Source: Eubacteriales bacterium (lineage in GTDB: Bacteria; Bacillota; Clostridia; Oscillospirales; CAG-272). From it: 64,000 nucleotides of DNA. Location of the stretch: positions 2,410 to 66,409 of the forward strand of contig JAZTXO010000077.1 in the NCBI GenBank assembly GCA_045636445.1, in the 5' to 3' direction. Numbering within the stretch: the stretch's first letter is position 1; the number at the start of each line of letters is the position of its first letter. The notes below the pieces were generated by a model. The model saw only the letters and a program-made list of their open reading frames with translations, was not told the DNA's origin and searched no databases. Made by a program: the position numbers and the translations under genes. Shown here piece after piece: positions 27,901 through 36,552 of this stretch.

Positions 27901-30676
27901 AAAAGAGGGCGACAGCAGCTATCTTGCGGTGCGTTCCTACCCTGACGGAGCTTTGGGCGATGCAATTGACGGCTTGAAAATTCCTCAAGGCGAGAGGGTA
28001 AAAATAAAGGTTGAATACTACACCGACGCAAAGGCGGCTCTTATTTACCTTAACGGAAAGCTTCTTGCCTTTGTTGACAGCGTATCGGCAGGAGCCGGCA
28101 GCTTTGAAATCGGCAGACTTGATATATCCGACCTTTCTGTGGGTAATATTTCCATTTCCCTTGACGATATTAAGTTTGACAGAGAAAAATGCGACTTCAA
28201 GGCGTCTACAACCCCCGATATTGACAGAGTTACTCACGATTTTGCTTCCCAAGTGGGCGGTGGCGTTGAAATAAACGCAGGTGAGATTTCTGGCGGAAAG
28301 CTTAATCTTGCCAACGGCGGAAGCATATCTATTCCCTTAAACCACCGTTCTGTTGCAATCAACACTATTCTTCTTTCTCTTGATATTACCCTTTCTGCCG
28401 ACTCTTCGGGCGATACCGCCTACATCACTTTGGCAGACGCGCAGGGCAAAAGCGTATTAGCCTATGTAATCAAGAGCGAAAACGGTACTGCGACACTTCA
28501 CGAGCTTACCAAAAACGGCATCTACGGAAAGGTTGCAACCCTTACCCTCGGCAAGACCGAGACTCTTACCCTTGAATACTTCAGAGGGGCAAATCAGGTG
28601 AATATTTACCTTGGCGACAAGTGCGTTATGGTAAGCTCTCTCGTTTATTGCGAGACTTCGGCTCTTACTCTTCCCGAAAGAGCGGCTATTGAGGTTAAAT
28701 CCTTGACAGCCCTTGACAACATTGTTTACGAGGGATACGCAAAGCTTGTTGAGACTCCCGAAATTTCAGCGGAAAACCCAGAAACCGACAAGGCAGATTT
28801 CGAGTCAAGCGGCAAGGGAATACTTCATTCCGCCCTTGAAATCACAGATTTCACAAATTACTCGGTAAAGGAATCTCTTCTTGGCTCTTCCTACACAAAG
28901 ATTCTTGAATTTGTTACGACAAGAGGTAAAAAGGATAGCTTTAGCCTTGGTATTACCTCGGAAAATGCGAAGAAGCTTTACACCGCGTATGAAACGAAGA
29001 TTTACGTTCGTCACGACGGCGGCTCTTCGGCTTACGCATTCAACGTCGCTCTTAAAGACGCTGACGGAAACGACGCTTACAAGTTTATCTTCCGTATCGG
29101 CGATGCGGGAATGCAGATGTGGGATATTGCAGACGAAAACGGTGAAACAAAGATTATAGCAAAGAGAGACGTTTGGTTCACTCTTCGCCTTGAATACTAC
29201 CACGAACTCGGCAGAGTTATCACCTATGTAAACGGTGAGGAAGTATATAACAGCGCAAATCTTTGCTCCCGGGTAACCGACAAGATTTCCCTTGTAAGCT
29301 TTACTGCCGACGAGGGACTTAACGCAACCCTCTTCCTTGATGATATGTCGCTTTCCGAGGAAACCGAAAAGAATGAGCCTACCGACCCGACTCCCGATGA
29401 GCCGGAAGAGCCGATAGTTCCCGACGGTACTGTAAACCCCGACACAGAGGGTGTTGAAAATGCCGAGGACAACGCAAATATTCTCACCTTTGAGTCAAGC
29501 GAAAACGGAAACTTCCCGAACGCTCTTACAATGAGACTTGCAAACAGCCAATCCTCTATTTCCATTGAGGAGCTTGTTCGTTCGGAGAACAACAAAAAGG
29601 TTATGGTCTTGAAAACCGTCAAGGGCAACAAGGACGAAATCAAGCTTTCTCTTACCGAGAACACCGAGGAATACAACGCATTCGTATTTGAAAGCGACCT
29701 TTACGTTAAGCACGACGGCGGCTCGTCATCCTATTCATTTACCGTTAATTTAACCGACGCAGAGGGAAATGCGGTCTACAAATTTATTCTTCGCATAGGC
29801 GATGCGGGAATGCAAATGTGGGACGTTGCGGCAGTCAGCGGCTCGACCAAGGTTATCGCTCAAAGAGACCAATGGTTCACTCTCCGAGTTGAATACGTTC
29901 TGACTGACGGCGGAGCAAAGGCTCTTACCTACGTCAACGGCTTACTCCAATACGAAAGCGAAAACGTTATCTCGGTTTCCGAGATTTCGGGTATGAGCTT
30001 TATTCCCGACGAGGGACTTAACGCTACGGTGAAGTTTGACAACCTCTCCCTTTCCGAAAAGACGGTTGTAATCGAAGAGGAAGAAGAGCCGGTAGAAGAC
30101 GAGCCGGGGCCTGTTCTCGGCTTTGAGAACGGAGCAGTTTCCTCCAAGGTCACACCCACTCTTCAAAGCGGAACTCTTACCGTTGAGGAATACAAAGACC
30201 ACAAGGCTATGGTATTGACTACCGCAGACGGAAGCCTTGACCAAATAAAGATAAACCACACGACAGAGACTTTAGACGGCTATACAATGACGGTATTTGA
30301 AGCCGACCTGCTTCTTTTCCACGTTGGCCCTTCCTCGGCTTATAACGAAAACGTAACTCTCACCGACAAAAACGGAAACGAGGTTTACAAATTCACCCTT
30401 CGCCACGCTAACGCAGGCGTTTATATGGAAGCTAAAGGACAGTCGGGAGCTGTAATTGCTCAAAGATGGGTATGGTTCAGCCTACGGCTTGAATACCGCC
30501 ATCTTGCAGAGGGTGACACGGTTACCGTTTTGGTTAACGGAAATATCGTATATGAAAGCTCCCTTGCGACCTCTGCCGAGGGAATAGGCGGCGTTATCAT
30601 TGCCCCCGACAAGGGAATAGCTTCAAAGCTTTACATCGACAATCTGGCTCTTTACACAGCCAAAGAAGAAAATTAA
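24902..30676 (+). CDS. Giant (1,924 aa) surface lipoprotein: N-terminal domain, alpha/alpha-toroid-like repeat domain, six beta-sandwich (ConA/LamG-like?) modules
   Basis: The lipobox is LAVSCG. Recurrent turns DPETGGFYY, QDTNGYFYHPQW, QNPENGLWYY and KDDGSFSYY mark the toroid-like region (about 25500-26850). Six ~190-aa modules each open with F(E/D). The last three share YKF(I/T)(F/L)R(I/H)(G/A)(D/N)AG(M/V) and W(F)(T/S)LR(L/V)EY. The domain-fold assignments are inferences. Confidence 0.75.
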   Translation: MKKLLSLLILTLCLCLAVSCGKKDSDSDSNQNGQNGSSDNTNQEQPDNGKIRLIASDKISASLVDEIYSALLYDLGLDAVISSDTSAEGEYEIIIGETDRALSKKAYTLLSRIEKEDEDFDTSYLIYSDGKSVAVAFDEGTLGDTLARDAAIAALTEEILAGKSQMSFTEGVLKEETLNIIEKLDAEDAETEKAELDKLLQILGGDDLAKSTLEEIVKFRTFASPELIRWLANLYDPETGGFYYSNSGRNTIGYAPDIESTEQAFNLLSSSGALSAIGSSPANLPDWMKEALVNWIKPMQDTNGYFYHPQWGKELTDSRFARRGRDLWRAENLLRWCGVSPTYTTPNGTKGDFTLVDGTKVNPDGTPVSEVNLTGKLSSSPSSAVAKISSLKATSSNYPSHMKDEASFLAYLNTFDIKHDSYYAGNEIASQAKEIANRESQLKAENSSFSIKATLEKWLNDSQNPENGLWYYVNAGADNYSIYDGVNGLLKISALYNEVGIEFPNPMAAIDSAIRAIYTDEDPLTVCYTYNTWFAVKNIFDNLTMFSSNPEQTEKDIAEIRASLLADAPNAIKITREKVAKFLKDDGSFSYYQKKTSHGSMGMPVAVPNVNEGDINATLICGISTAGYMYQVLGIEEYMPSLYGRSTWYKFLSIIDDIGDVIKNEIKDDKVLVFDDYDDGQTPDEIIFDYKYSSGGATVTSDVGEGRRGKALRFNSPADGGDRIQIDCTNPLSTNSYVFETDMCIESGGSSGYCIQIVMGDCYMLAFRIVGNRVQIFDTSSASTIKKEVEFGYSVGLDEWFKLRMEYYVGDEDTVRAKVYINDKLIAVSDNYYNHSGTKITQGHGTPATVFTFVRISAFSNYNVSMLFDNMAVYKRNDIYEVETNPLNQPIYTVDRPTLEENIFDFEDSGNEKDYPDGIEVFEGGDSVSVENGELLLNGGASDGFKVTLPHFIREEGANCDVFEAFVTLKNADEEAKIALNFLSGDYTETEILGLLLESVKEGDSSYLAVRSYPDGALGDAIDGLKIPQGERVKIKVEYYTDAKAALIYLNGKLLAFVDSVSAGAGSFEIGRLDISDLSVGNISISLDDIKFDREKCDFKASTTPDIDRVTHDFASQVGGGVEINAGEISGGKLNLANGGSISIPLNHRSVAINTILLSLDITLSADSSGDTAYITLADAQGKSVLAYVIKSENGTATLHELTKNGIYGKVATLTLGKTETLTLEYFRGANQVNIYLGDKCVMVSSLVYCETSALTLPERAAIEVKSLTALDNIVYEGYAKLVETPEISAENPETDKADFESSGKGILHSALEITDFTNYSVKESLLGSSYTKILEFVTTRGKKDSFSLGITSENAKKLYTAYETKIYVRHDGGSSAYAFNVALKDADGNDAYKFIFRIGDAGMQMWDIADENGETKIIAKRDVWFTLRLEYYHELGRVITYVNGEEVYNSANLCSRVTDKISLVSFTADEGLNATLFLDDMSLSEETEKNEPTDPTPDEPEEPIVPDGTVNPDTEGVENAEDNANILTFESSENGNFPNALTMRLANSQSSISIEELVRSENNKKVMVLKTVKGNKDEIKLSLTENTEEYNAFVFESDLYVKHDGGSSSYSFTVNLTDAEGNAVYKFILRIGDAGMQMWDVAAVSGSTKVIAQRDQWFTLRVEYVLTDGGAKALTYVNGLLQYESENVISVSEISGMSFIPDEGLNATVKFDNLSLSEKTVVIEEEEEPVEDEPGPVLGFENGAVSSKVTPTLQSGTLTVEEYKDHKAMVLTTADGSLDQIKINHTTETLDGYTMTVFEADLLLFHVGPSSAYNENVTLTDKNGNEVYKFTLRHANAGVYMEAKGQSGAVIAQRWVWFSLRLEYRHLAEGDTVTVLVNGNIVYESSLATSAEGIGGVIIAPDKGIASKLYIDNLALYTAKEEN

Positions 30677-30679
30677 ACT

Positions 30680-31975
30680 ATGAATAACTGTTATGAAGAA
30701 AAATGGCTCGCCCTAAAAGAAGAAATTGACAGACGGGGAGCAGACGGCGGGGCGGTAGTTGCCGCCCTCCGAGACTACTATTCTATTTTTGAAGACAAAG
30801 CTCTTATATGGCTCGGAAATCTTTACAATCCCGAGATAGGCGGATTTCATTTCGCCACGTCCTCAAAGGAAAACGATACCGTAACCACCCCTGCGGGTAC
30901 TTTTAAACTGCTGCCCGATATCGAGTCCAGCTTCCAGGCTCTCAGTATGCTTATTGACTCCGGGGTAATAGAGGACTTTTCTGCCCTGCCCGACTCTATG
31001 AGAGAGGGACTTGTGGGCTTCGTTTCTTCTCTTCAAGACGAGTCCGACGGATTTATCTACCACCCCCAATGGCGAATGTTGATGCAGGACGGCTTCGGCA
31101 AGGACAAAAATGCCGACAGAATCTGGCGTTCAAGACGGGGAAGAGATATGATGTGGGCTGAGGGAATGACAAAAAGGCTTGGCTTCAAGCTCCCCTACCC
31201 CACGCCTTACGAAAGGCTCAGTCAGGACTCCGACGAGGGAAAATCCTCTCTTCCCGACTACCTTTTATCAAAAGAGGCCTTGTATGAGCATCTTGACAAG
31301 CTTGATTGGGTAAACGATGCCTATTATGCCGGAAATATGGTTGCGGCAGAAGCAAAGCTTATTAAGGCGGCAGGTCTCGGAGATGCTTGTGTCGAGTATA
31401 TCACCTCAAAACAAGACAAGGAAACCGGACTTTGGGGCAACAAAACGGGCTATGGAGCAATAAACGCATATCTTAAGACCACCGCAATTTACGGCGAATG
31501 CTCAAAGCCTATTCCCAATGCCGAAAAAGCGGCTTTGTCGGTTATAGAATGCGCGTCAACCAAGGAAGTGGCAGAGACGGTCTGCTTCCAGTACAACGTT
31601 TGGTACTCGCTTCTCAACATTCTCGACAGTTTGAGGCGTGACGGAAGCGTTGAGGGCAACAAAAAGGCTGACGAAATCTCCCTTTCTCTCCTTAAAAACT
31701 GCACCGAGGCAATAAAGGCGACAAAGGAAAAGACTCTTACCTTTAAAAAGCCCGACGGAGCATTCTCCTCCTACACCTACGGTACGGCAGACCACAGCCA
31801 GGGTATGCCGGTTGCAATAAAGGGAATTTTGGAAAGCGACGTCAACGGCTCAAACATCTGCTCAAACGGAACGGCAAAGCGTATGTTCAAAGCCTTGGGA
31901 CTTGAAGATTTTTATATCCCTCTTTACTCGCAAGATGCCTTTGACGGCTTCTTAAAAGCGGCAAAATGTAAATAA
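30680..31975 (+). CDS. Stand-alone paralogue of the toroid-like domain of the giant lipoprotein, no signal peptide
   Basis: 431 aa. NLYNPEIGGFHF, LPDIESSFQAL, QDESDGFIYHPQW, RRGRDMMWAE, PYPTP, DAYYAGN and GMPVA are collinear with NLYDPETGGFYY, APDIESTEQAF, QDTNGYFYHPQW, RRGRDLWRAE, TYTTP, DSYYAGN and GMPVA in the preceding gene. Confidence 0.75.
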   Translation: MNNCYEEKWLALKEEIDRRGADGGAVVAALRDYYSIFEDKALIWLGNLYNPEIGGFHFATSSKENDTVTTPAGTFKLLPDIESSFQALSMLIDSGVIEDFSALPDSMREGLVGFVSSLQDESDGFIYHPQWRMLMQDGFGKDKNADRIWRSRRGRDMMWAEGMTKRLGFKLPYPTPYERLSQDSDEGKSSLPDYLLSKEALYEHLDKLDWVNDAYYAGNMVAAEAKLIKAAGLGDACVEYITSKQDKETGLWGNKTGYGAINAYLKTTAIYGECSKPIPNAEKAALSVIECASTKEVAETVCFQYNVWYSLLNILDSLRRDGSVEGNKKADEISLSLLKNCTEAIKATKEKTLTFKKPDGAFSSYTYGTADHSQGMPVAIKGILESDVNGSNICSNGTAKRMFKALGLEDFYIPLYSQDAFDGFLKAAKCK

Positions 31976-32019
31976 TTGTTATTAAATACATCAAAAAACA
32001 CTAAAAGAAAGGAAATGTT

Positions 32020-32151
32020 ATGAAAGAGCGTTACGAACAAGCGAACTTAGAAATCACATCACTTTCCACCGCAGACGTAATAGCGACCTCCGCAGAAAAT
32101 CAAGGGCCGCTCGGCTGGGGCGACAACTACGACTCGGGCGGTTGGACCTGA
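32020..32151 (+). CDS. Unannotated 43-codon ORF (MKERYEQANLEITSLSTADVIATSAENQGPLGWGDNYDSGGWT)
   Basis: My own translation. AAAGGAA lies 6 nt upstream of the ATG. The ORF fills an otherwise empty 246-nt gap in a co-directional operon. It is below the 60-aa cutoff of the supplied track. Confidence 0.45.
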   Translation: MKERYEQANLEITSLSTADVIATSAENQGPLGWGDNYDSGGWT

Positions 32152-32221
32152 TACCAAAACAAAAGCTTTAAGCAACAAAAAACAAAAATTCAACAAAATT
32201 TATAACCGAAAGGAAAGAAAA

Positions 32222-33592
32222 ATGAAAAACAGAATTATAGCATTTCTTATATTTGCATCACTTCTTATAGCTGCAGTTCCTGCAGTATTTGCTTCCGCAG
32301 AAGAGGCGGAGTCCTCACCCGAAATTATCTCCCAGAATATTGAATACGACGGCTATTTCGGACTTATGTACGCAGTTGACGCTTCCACAGTTAAGGGTAA
32401 CAAGGTTACCGTTACCGTTTACGACGCTGAAATGAACGCTCTCGGAAGCTACACTTCCACCTCCACAGAAACCATCACCAGAGCAAACGGCGACAAGGTA
32501 TTGGCTTACGTTCTTACAACAGCTCCCGTTGCGGCAAAGGATATGGCAGACGTTTACTACGCAAAGGCTACCGACGGCGAGGGCAACGTAGGCGAAACCA
32601 AGAGATACAGCGTTGGCGAGTATCTTTACGAGCGTCTTTACTTGAACGGCATTATCAATGCCGAAGCAGGTACAAAGGATTATAACAAAAAGGTGTTCTA
32701 TGAAAACGTTCTCGCTATGGGAGCGTCTGCTCAAACCGTTCTTGTAAACGACAAAAAGGCAGAGGGCGAGACTCCCGAAACTCTCGTTACCGATTACAAG
32801 TACATAAACGTTACCGGCGGCGCGCTTGCAGACGGCTACACCTCAGGTATTTTTGAAGCCGGAGCGACCGTAACTATTAACCACACCGCGTCAGCTCCCG
32901 AAGGTCAGGCTCTCATAGGCTGGGCATCCGGCTCTGCGGTTTATTCCTCCGCGACCTTTGCTTTGAATGACCACGCAGTTCTTACTCCCTCTTACGGAAG
33001 TGCTGTTGTCAATTTCGAAAATGACAAGATACCCTTCGCATACGAGCTTAACAGCACAAACTCTTCTCTCTTCGTAACCACCCAGGGCGGCAGAAAATGC
33101 GCATACCTCAGAACCTACTCCGACGCTGCCGACTCCATTACCTTTACACCTACCGTAATGGCTGAAACCAACTACAACACCGTAGTGTTTGACACTATGC
33201 TTCAGCTCCGTCACAACGGCCCCTCCACAACCTACTTCCAGAACTACGCCTTTACCGACGCAGAGGGCAACGTAGCCTACCAATTCACCTTAAGACACGG
33301 TGATGCGGGAATGCAGTTTAACGACGGTACAAACAACGAGCAGCTTGTTATCGCCGCAAAGGACACCTGGTTCAACCTCAGAATAGAATATACCTATATT
33401 GACGAAAGCAACGTTCAGATAAACACCTACGTAAACAACGAGCTTAAGTTCTCCAGCACGAACTTCGTAGGCGACACCGCTATTAAGGACGTTTGCGTAT
33501 TCAAGCACACTACCGACGCAGCTATCGGCGCTTCTATATTCTACGATGACGTAAGCTTCAAGCAGATATACGTTGCTCCCGCGGCAGAATAA
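32222..33592 (+). CDS. Secreted protein with one C-terminal copy of the beta-sandwich module found in the giant lipoprotein
   Basis: The Sec signal peptide ends ..VPAVFASAEE. The C-terminal ~190 aa contain YQFTLRHGDAGMQF, WFNLRIEYTY and YVNNELKFSS, matching modules 4-6 of the 1,924-aa protein. Confidence 0.75.
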   Translation: MKNRIIAFLIFASLLIAAVPAVFASAEEAESSPEIISQNIEYDGYFGLMYAVDASTVKGNKVTVTVYDAEMNALGSYTSTSTETITRANGDKVLAYVLTTAPVAAKDMADVYYAKATDGEGNVGETKRYSVGEYLYERLYLNGIINAEAGTKDYNKKVFYENVLAMGASAQTVLVNDKKAEGETPETLVTDYKYINVTGGALADGYTSGIFEAGATVTINHTASAPEGQALIGWASGSAVYSSATFALNDHAVLTPSYGSAVVNFENDKIPFAYELNSTNSSLFVTTQGGRKCAYLRTYSDAADSITFTPTVMAETNYNTVVFDTMLQLRHNGPSTTYFQNYAFTDAEGNVAYQFTLRHGDAGMQFNDGTNNEQLVIAAKDTWFNLRIEYTYIDESNVQINTYVNNELKFSSTNFVGDTAIKDVCVFKHTTDAAIGASIFYDDVSFKQIYVAPAAE

Positions 33593-33683
33593 TTTCATTG
33601 ACAAACCTACCTTCTTAATATATAATTAGGATAACAAATACCCCTCGGTTAAATGCCGAGGGGTAAAATAAAAAGGAAACGCT

Positions 33684-35630
33684 ATGTATTACATTAACAA
33701 AATTACCTCGAACTCCGTTGTGGATTTTGCCGCAGACGAGCTTAAAAAATATCTTAGAATGATGATGCCCGAGGGCGGAGACGTGAAAATTGCCTATGCT
33801 CCGCAAAGCTCCGACGGCTTCCGTCTCGGACTTATGCAGGATTTCGGTCTTGACGTATCTGACGCTCTTGATACCGACCTTGACGATATAATTTATATTG
33901 ACTGTAACGAGTTTGGCGGCATAATTGCGGGAGACAATCCTCGCTCGGTGCTTCTTGCGGTTTACGAATATTTAAGGCAAAACGGCTGTCGCTGGCTTTA
34001 TCCCGGTGTTGACGGTGAGTATATTCCGATGAAGGACATAGTTCCCGTAAAATACCGCCACAAGCCCTCCTGCCGTTACAGAGGTCAATGCAACGAGGGC
34101 GCTGAATACCAATCGGATATGCTTGAAGCTATCGAGTTTACTCCCAAGGTTGGAATGAACGTGTTTATGGTTGAATTTTTCCTGCCGAGAGTTTACTACA
34201 AGCGTTATTACGAGCATCAGCACAACGAGGAAAACCGTCCTTTTGAAATGATTACCGACGACCAGATTTTGCAATGGAAGAGAATGTGCGAAACCGAAAT
34301 TGCAAGGCGAGGACTTCAATTCCACGATATAGGTCACGGCTGGACGGCTGCTCCTTTCGGCATAAATACGGCTGCTTGTTGGGACTCTGTACCCGACGAG
34401 GTTGACGAGGAAAACAGACAGTATCTTGCCGAGATAGGCGGAAAGCGTGGAATGTGGAACGGTCAGCCTCTTAACACCAATTTCTGTATGTCAAACCCTG
34501 TGGCAAGGAAAAAATACGCCTGTCACGTTGCCGATTATGCAGAAAAACACTCAAATTCCGACTATCTGCACCTTTGGCTTGCCGACGCTTTCAACAACCA
34601 TTGCGAATGCTCGGAATGTCAGAAAAAGACCACCTCGGATTGGTACATTATGCTGATGAACGATACCGACGAGGAGCTTACCCGTCGCTCTCTTGACACA
34701 AGACTTGTGTATATTGCCTACTTTGACACCGCTTGGGCTCCCCAGGAAGCGACTCTCAAAAATCCCGACAGATTTACAATGCTTCTTGCTCCCATAACGA
34801 GAAGCTATACCGAAACTCTCCCCGAATCAGGACTTACCTCAAAGCCTACCGAATATATCCGCAACAACATTCAAAGACCGAGAAACCTTGAAGAGTATTT
34901 CGTGCTGTTTGAAGAGTGGAAAAAGAACTGGAAGGGTGCGAATATGTCCTACGAATACCACTTCTGGCGTCCCCAGTGCTTCGACCTTTCGGGCATAGTT
35001 TTGGCAAAGAGAATTTACGAGGACATTCACGCATACAAAAAATACGACGTCAACGGAATTATCGAGGACGGCTCACAGCGTTCATTCTTCCCTAACGGCT
35101 TCGCATTCTACACCTACGCAAGATGTCTTTTCGACAACGCAACTCCCTTTGAGGCGATTGCCGAGGACTACTACTCCCATATTTACGGCGAGGGTTGGCA
35201 GGAGATTTACAGCTACCTTGAAAATATCGCTTCTCTCGTTCCTTACGCATATCTTCACGGAGCAAGGCCGAAAGCTCCCTATGCTCCCGAGCTTCTTGAA
35301 AACTTCAAGGCGGTAAAGGAAAGCTGTCTTAAAATGAAAGAAAAAATGAAGAGCGAATACCACTCCCCCGTAAGAGTGCAGACGGTATCGAAAATGCTTC
35401 TTTCATACCACTCCGATTTCTGTATTCTTCTTTGTGACGCTCTTATGGAAAAGTGCCTTGGCAACGACGATGAAGCCACCGAGCTTTACAACAAATTCAG
35501 AGTTGAATTCGGTAAGTGCGAGATAGCGATTGAACGCTACTACGACCACTGGCTCTGGATGACCTATCTTAAATCCAACGTTTTTGACCGCAAGGCAAAG
35601 CAGGAGAAAAAGGATGATTCTTGGCATTGA
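33684..35630 (+). CDS. DUF4838-like protein (GH20-related fold suspected), no signal peptide
   Basis: 648 aa. The N-terminal AADELKKYLRMM..IAY pattern and the central HCECSECQKK cysteine cluster are what I associate with DUF4838. This is a recognition from memory only. Confidence 0.55.
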   Translation: MYYINKITSNSVVDFAADELKKYLRMMMPEGGDVKIAYAPQSSDGFRLGLMQDFGLDVSDALDTDLDDIIYIDCNEFGGIIAGDNPRSVLLAVYEYLRQNGCRWLYPGVDGEYIPMKDIVPVKYRHKPSCRYRGQCNEGAEYQSDMLEAIEFTPKVGMNVFMVEFFLPRVYYKRYYEHQHNEENRPFEMITDDQILQWKRMCETEIARRGLQFHDIGHGWTAAPFGINTAACWDSVPDEVDEENRQYLAEIGGKRGMWNGQPLNTNFCMSNPVARKKYACHVADYAEKHSNSDYLHLWLADAFNNHCECSECQKKTTSDWYIMLMNDTDEELTRRSLDTRLVYIAYFDTAWAPQEATLKNPDRFTMLLAPITRSYTETLPESGLTSKPTEYIRNNIQRPRNLEEYFVLFEEWKKNWKGANMSYEYHFWRPQCFDLSGIVLAKRIYEDIHAYKKYDVNGIIEDGSQRSFFPNGFAFYTYARCLFDNATPFEAIAEDYYSHIYGEGWQEIYSYLENIASLVPYAYLHGARPKAPYAPELLENFKAVKESCLKMKEKMKSEYHSPVRVQTVSKMLLSYHSDFCILLCDALMEKCLGNDDEATELYNKFRVEFGKCEIAIERYYDHWLWMTYLKSNVFDRKAKQEKKDDSWH

Positions 35631-36552
35631 TATTGGCGGCACAAAATGTGCCGTCTCACTTGGTGAGGGGGGCAAAATTCTAAAAAAAGAGTCCTTCCCT
35701 ACTACAAATTGTAAACAAACGATTACAAAACTCCTTGATATAGCAGAAAAAATGGGAAAAGCCGAGGCTGTTGGTATCAGTTGCGGCGGCCCTCTTGATT
35801 CGGGGCGAGGTGTGATTATGTCACCGCCAAATCTTCCCGGCTGGGACAATATTCCCATAAAGGAGCTTTTTGAAGAGAGACTTAAAATTCCCGCATATCT
35901 TCAAAACGACGCAAACGCCTGCGCTCTTGCCGAATGGCGATTCGGCGCTGGCAGAGGTTGTCGCAATATGGCTTTTTTGACCTTTGGCACAGGACTTGGA
36001 GCAGGTCTTATACTTAACGGAGCTCTTGTTGACGGCGCAAACGGAATGGCGGGAGAGATAGGCCACGTAAGGCTTACTCCCGACGGCCCTATGGGTTACG
36101 GAAAGTCCGGCTCTGCCGAGGGTTATTGCAGCGGCGGAGGTATTGCAAGGCTTGGCATTTCTCTTGCGAGAGAGTGTCTGTCGAGGGGAGAGAGTCTTCC
36201 CTATTGCAAAAGCGAAGAGGAGCTTTCGGGAATAAATGCAAAGCTTCTTGCGGAGTATGCAAGGCTTGGAGAGCCTTTGGCAAAGCGGGTATATGACATA
36301 AGCGGTGAGATGCTTGGGCGAACTTTGGCAATACTTATCGACCTTATAAACCCCGAAAGAATAGTTATCGGCAGTATTTTTGCAAGAGCAGAGGACCTGC
36401 TTCGTCCAAATATGGAAAGAGTTCTTTCAGAAGAGGCTATTCCCCTTTCGCTTTCGGTTTGCGAGATTGTAAAGGCGGAGCTTTCCGAAGAGGTAGGCGA
36501 CCTTGCAGCACTTGCGGTCGGTGAAACAAGAGGAGGAAAATTTAATGGCTGA
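35614..36552 (+). CDS. ROK-family sugar kinase (atypical: lacks the CxCGxxGC zinc motif)
   Basis: ILGIDIGGTKCAV is the ATP-binding motif, and NDANACALAE and GEIGH are also present. Where ROK kinases carry CxCGxxGCxE, this protein has PMGYGKSGSAEGY. The start at 35614 overlaps the upstream stop by 17 nt. Confidence 0.75.
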   Translation: MILGIDIGGTKCAVSLGEGGKILKKESFPTTNCKQTITKLLDIAEKMGKAEAVGISCGGPLDSGRGVIMSPPNLPGWDNIPIKELFEERLKIPAYLQNDANACALAEWRFGAGRGCRNMAFLTFGTGLGAGLILNGALVDGANGMAGEIGHVRLTPDGPMGYGKSGSAEGYCSGGGIARLGISLARECLSRGESLPYCKSEEELSGINAKLLAEYARLGEPLAKRVYDISGEMLGRTLAILIDLINPERIVIGSIFARAEDLLRPNMERVLSEEAIPLSLSVCEIVKAELSEEVGDLAALAVGETRGGKFNG

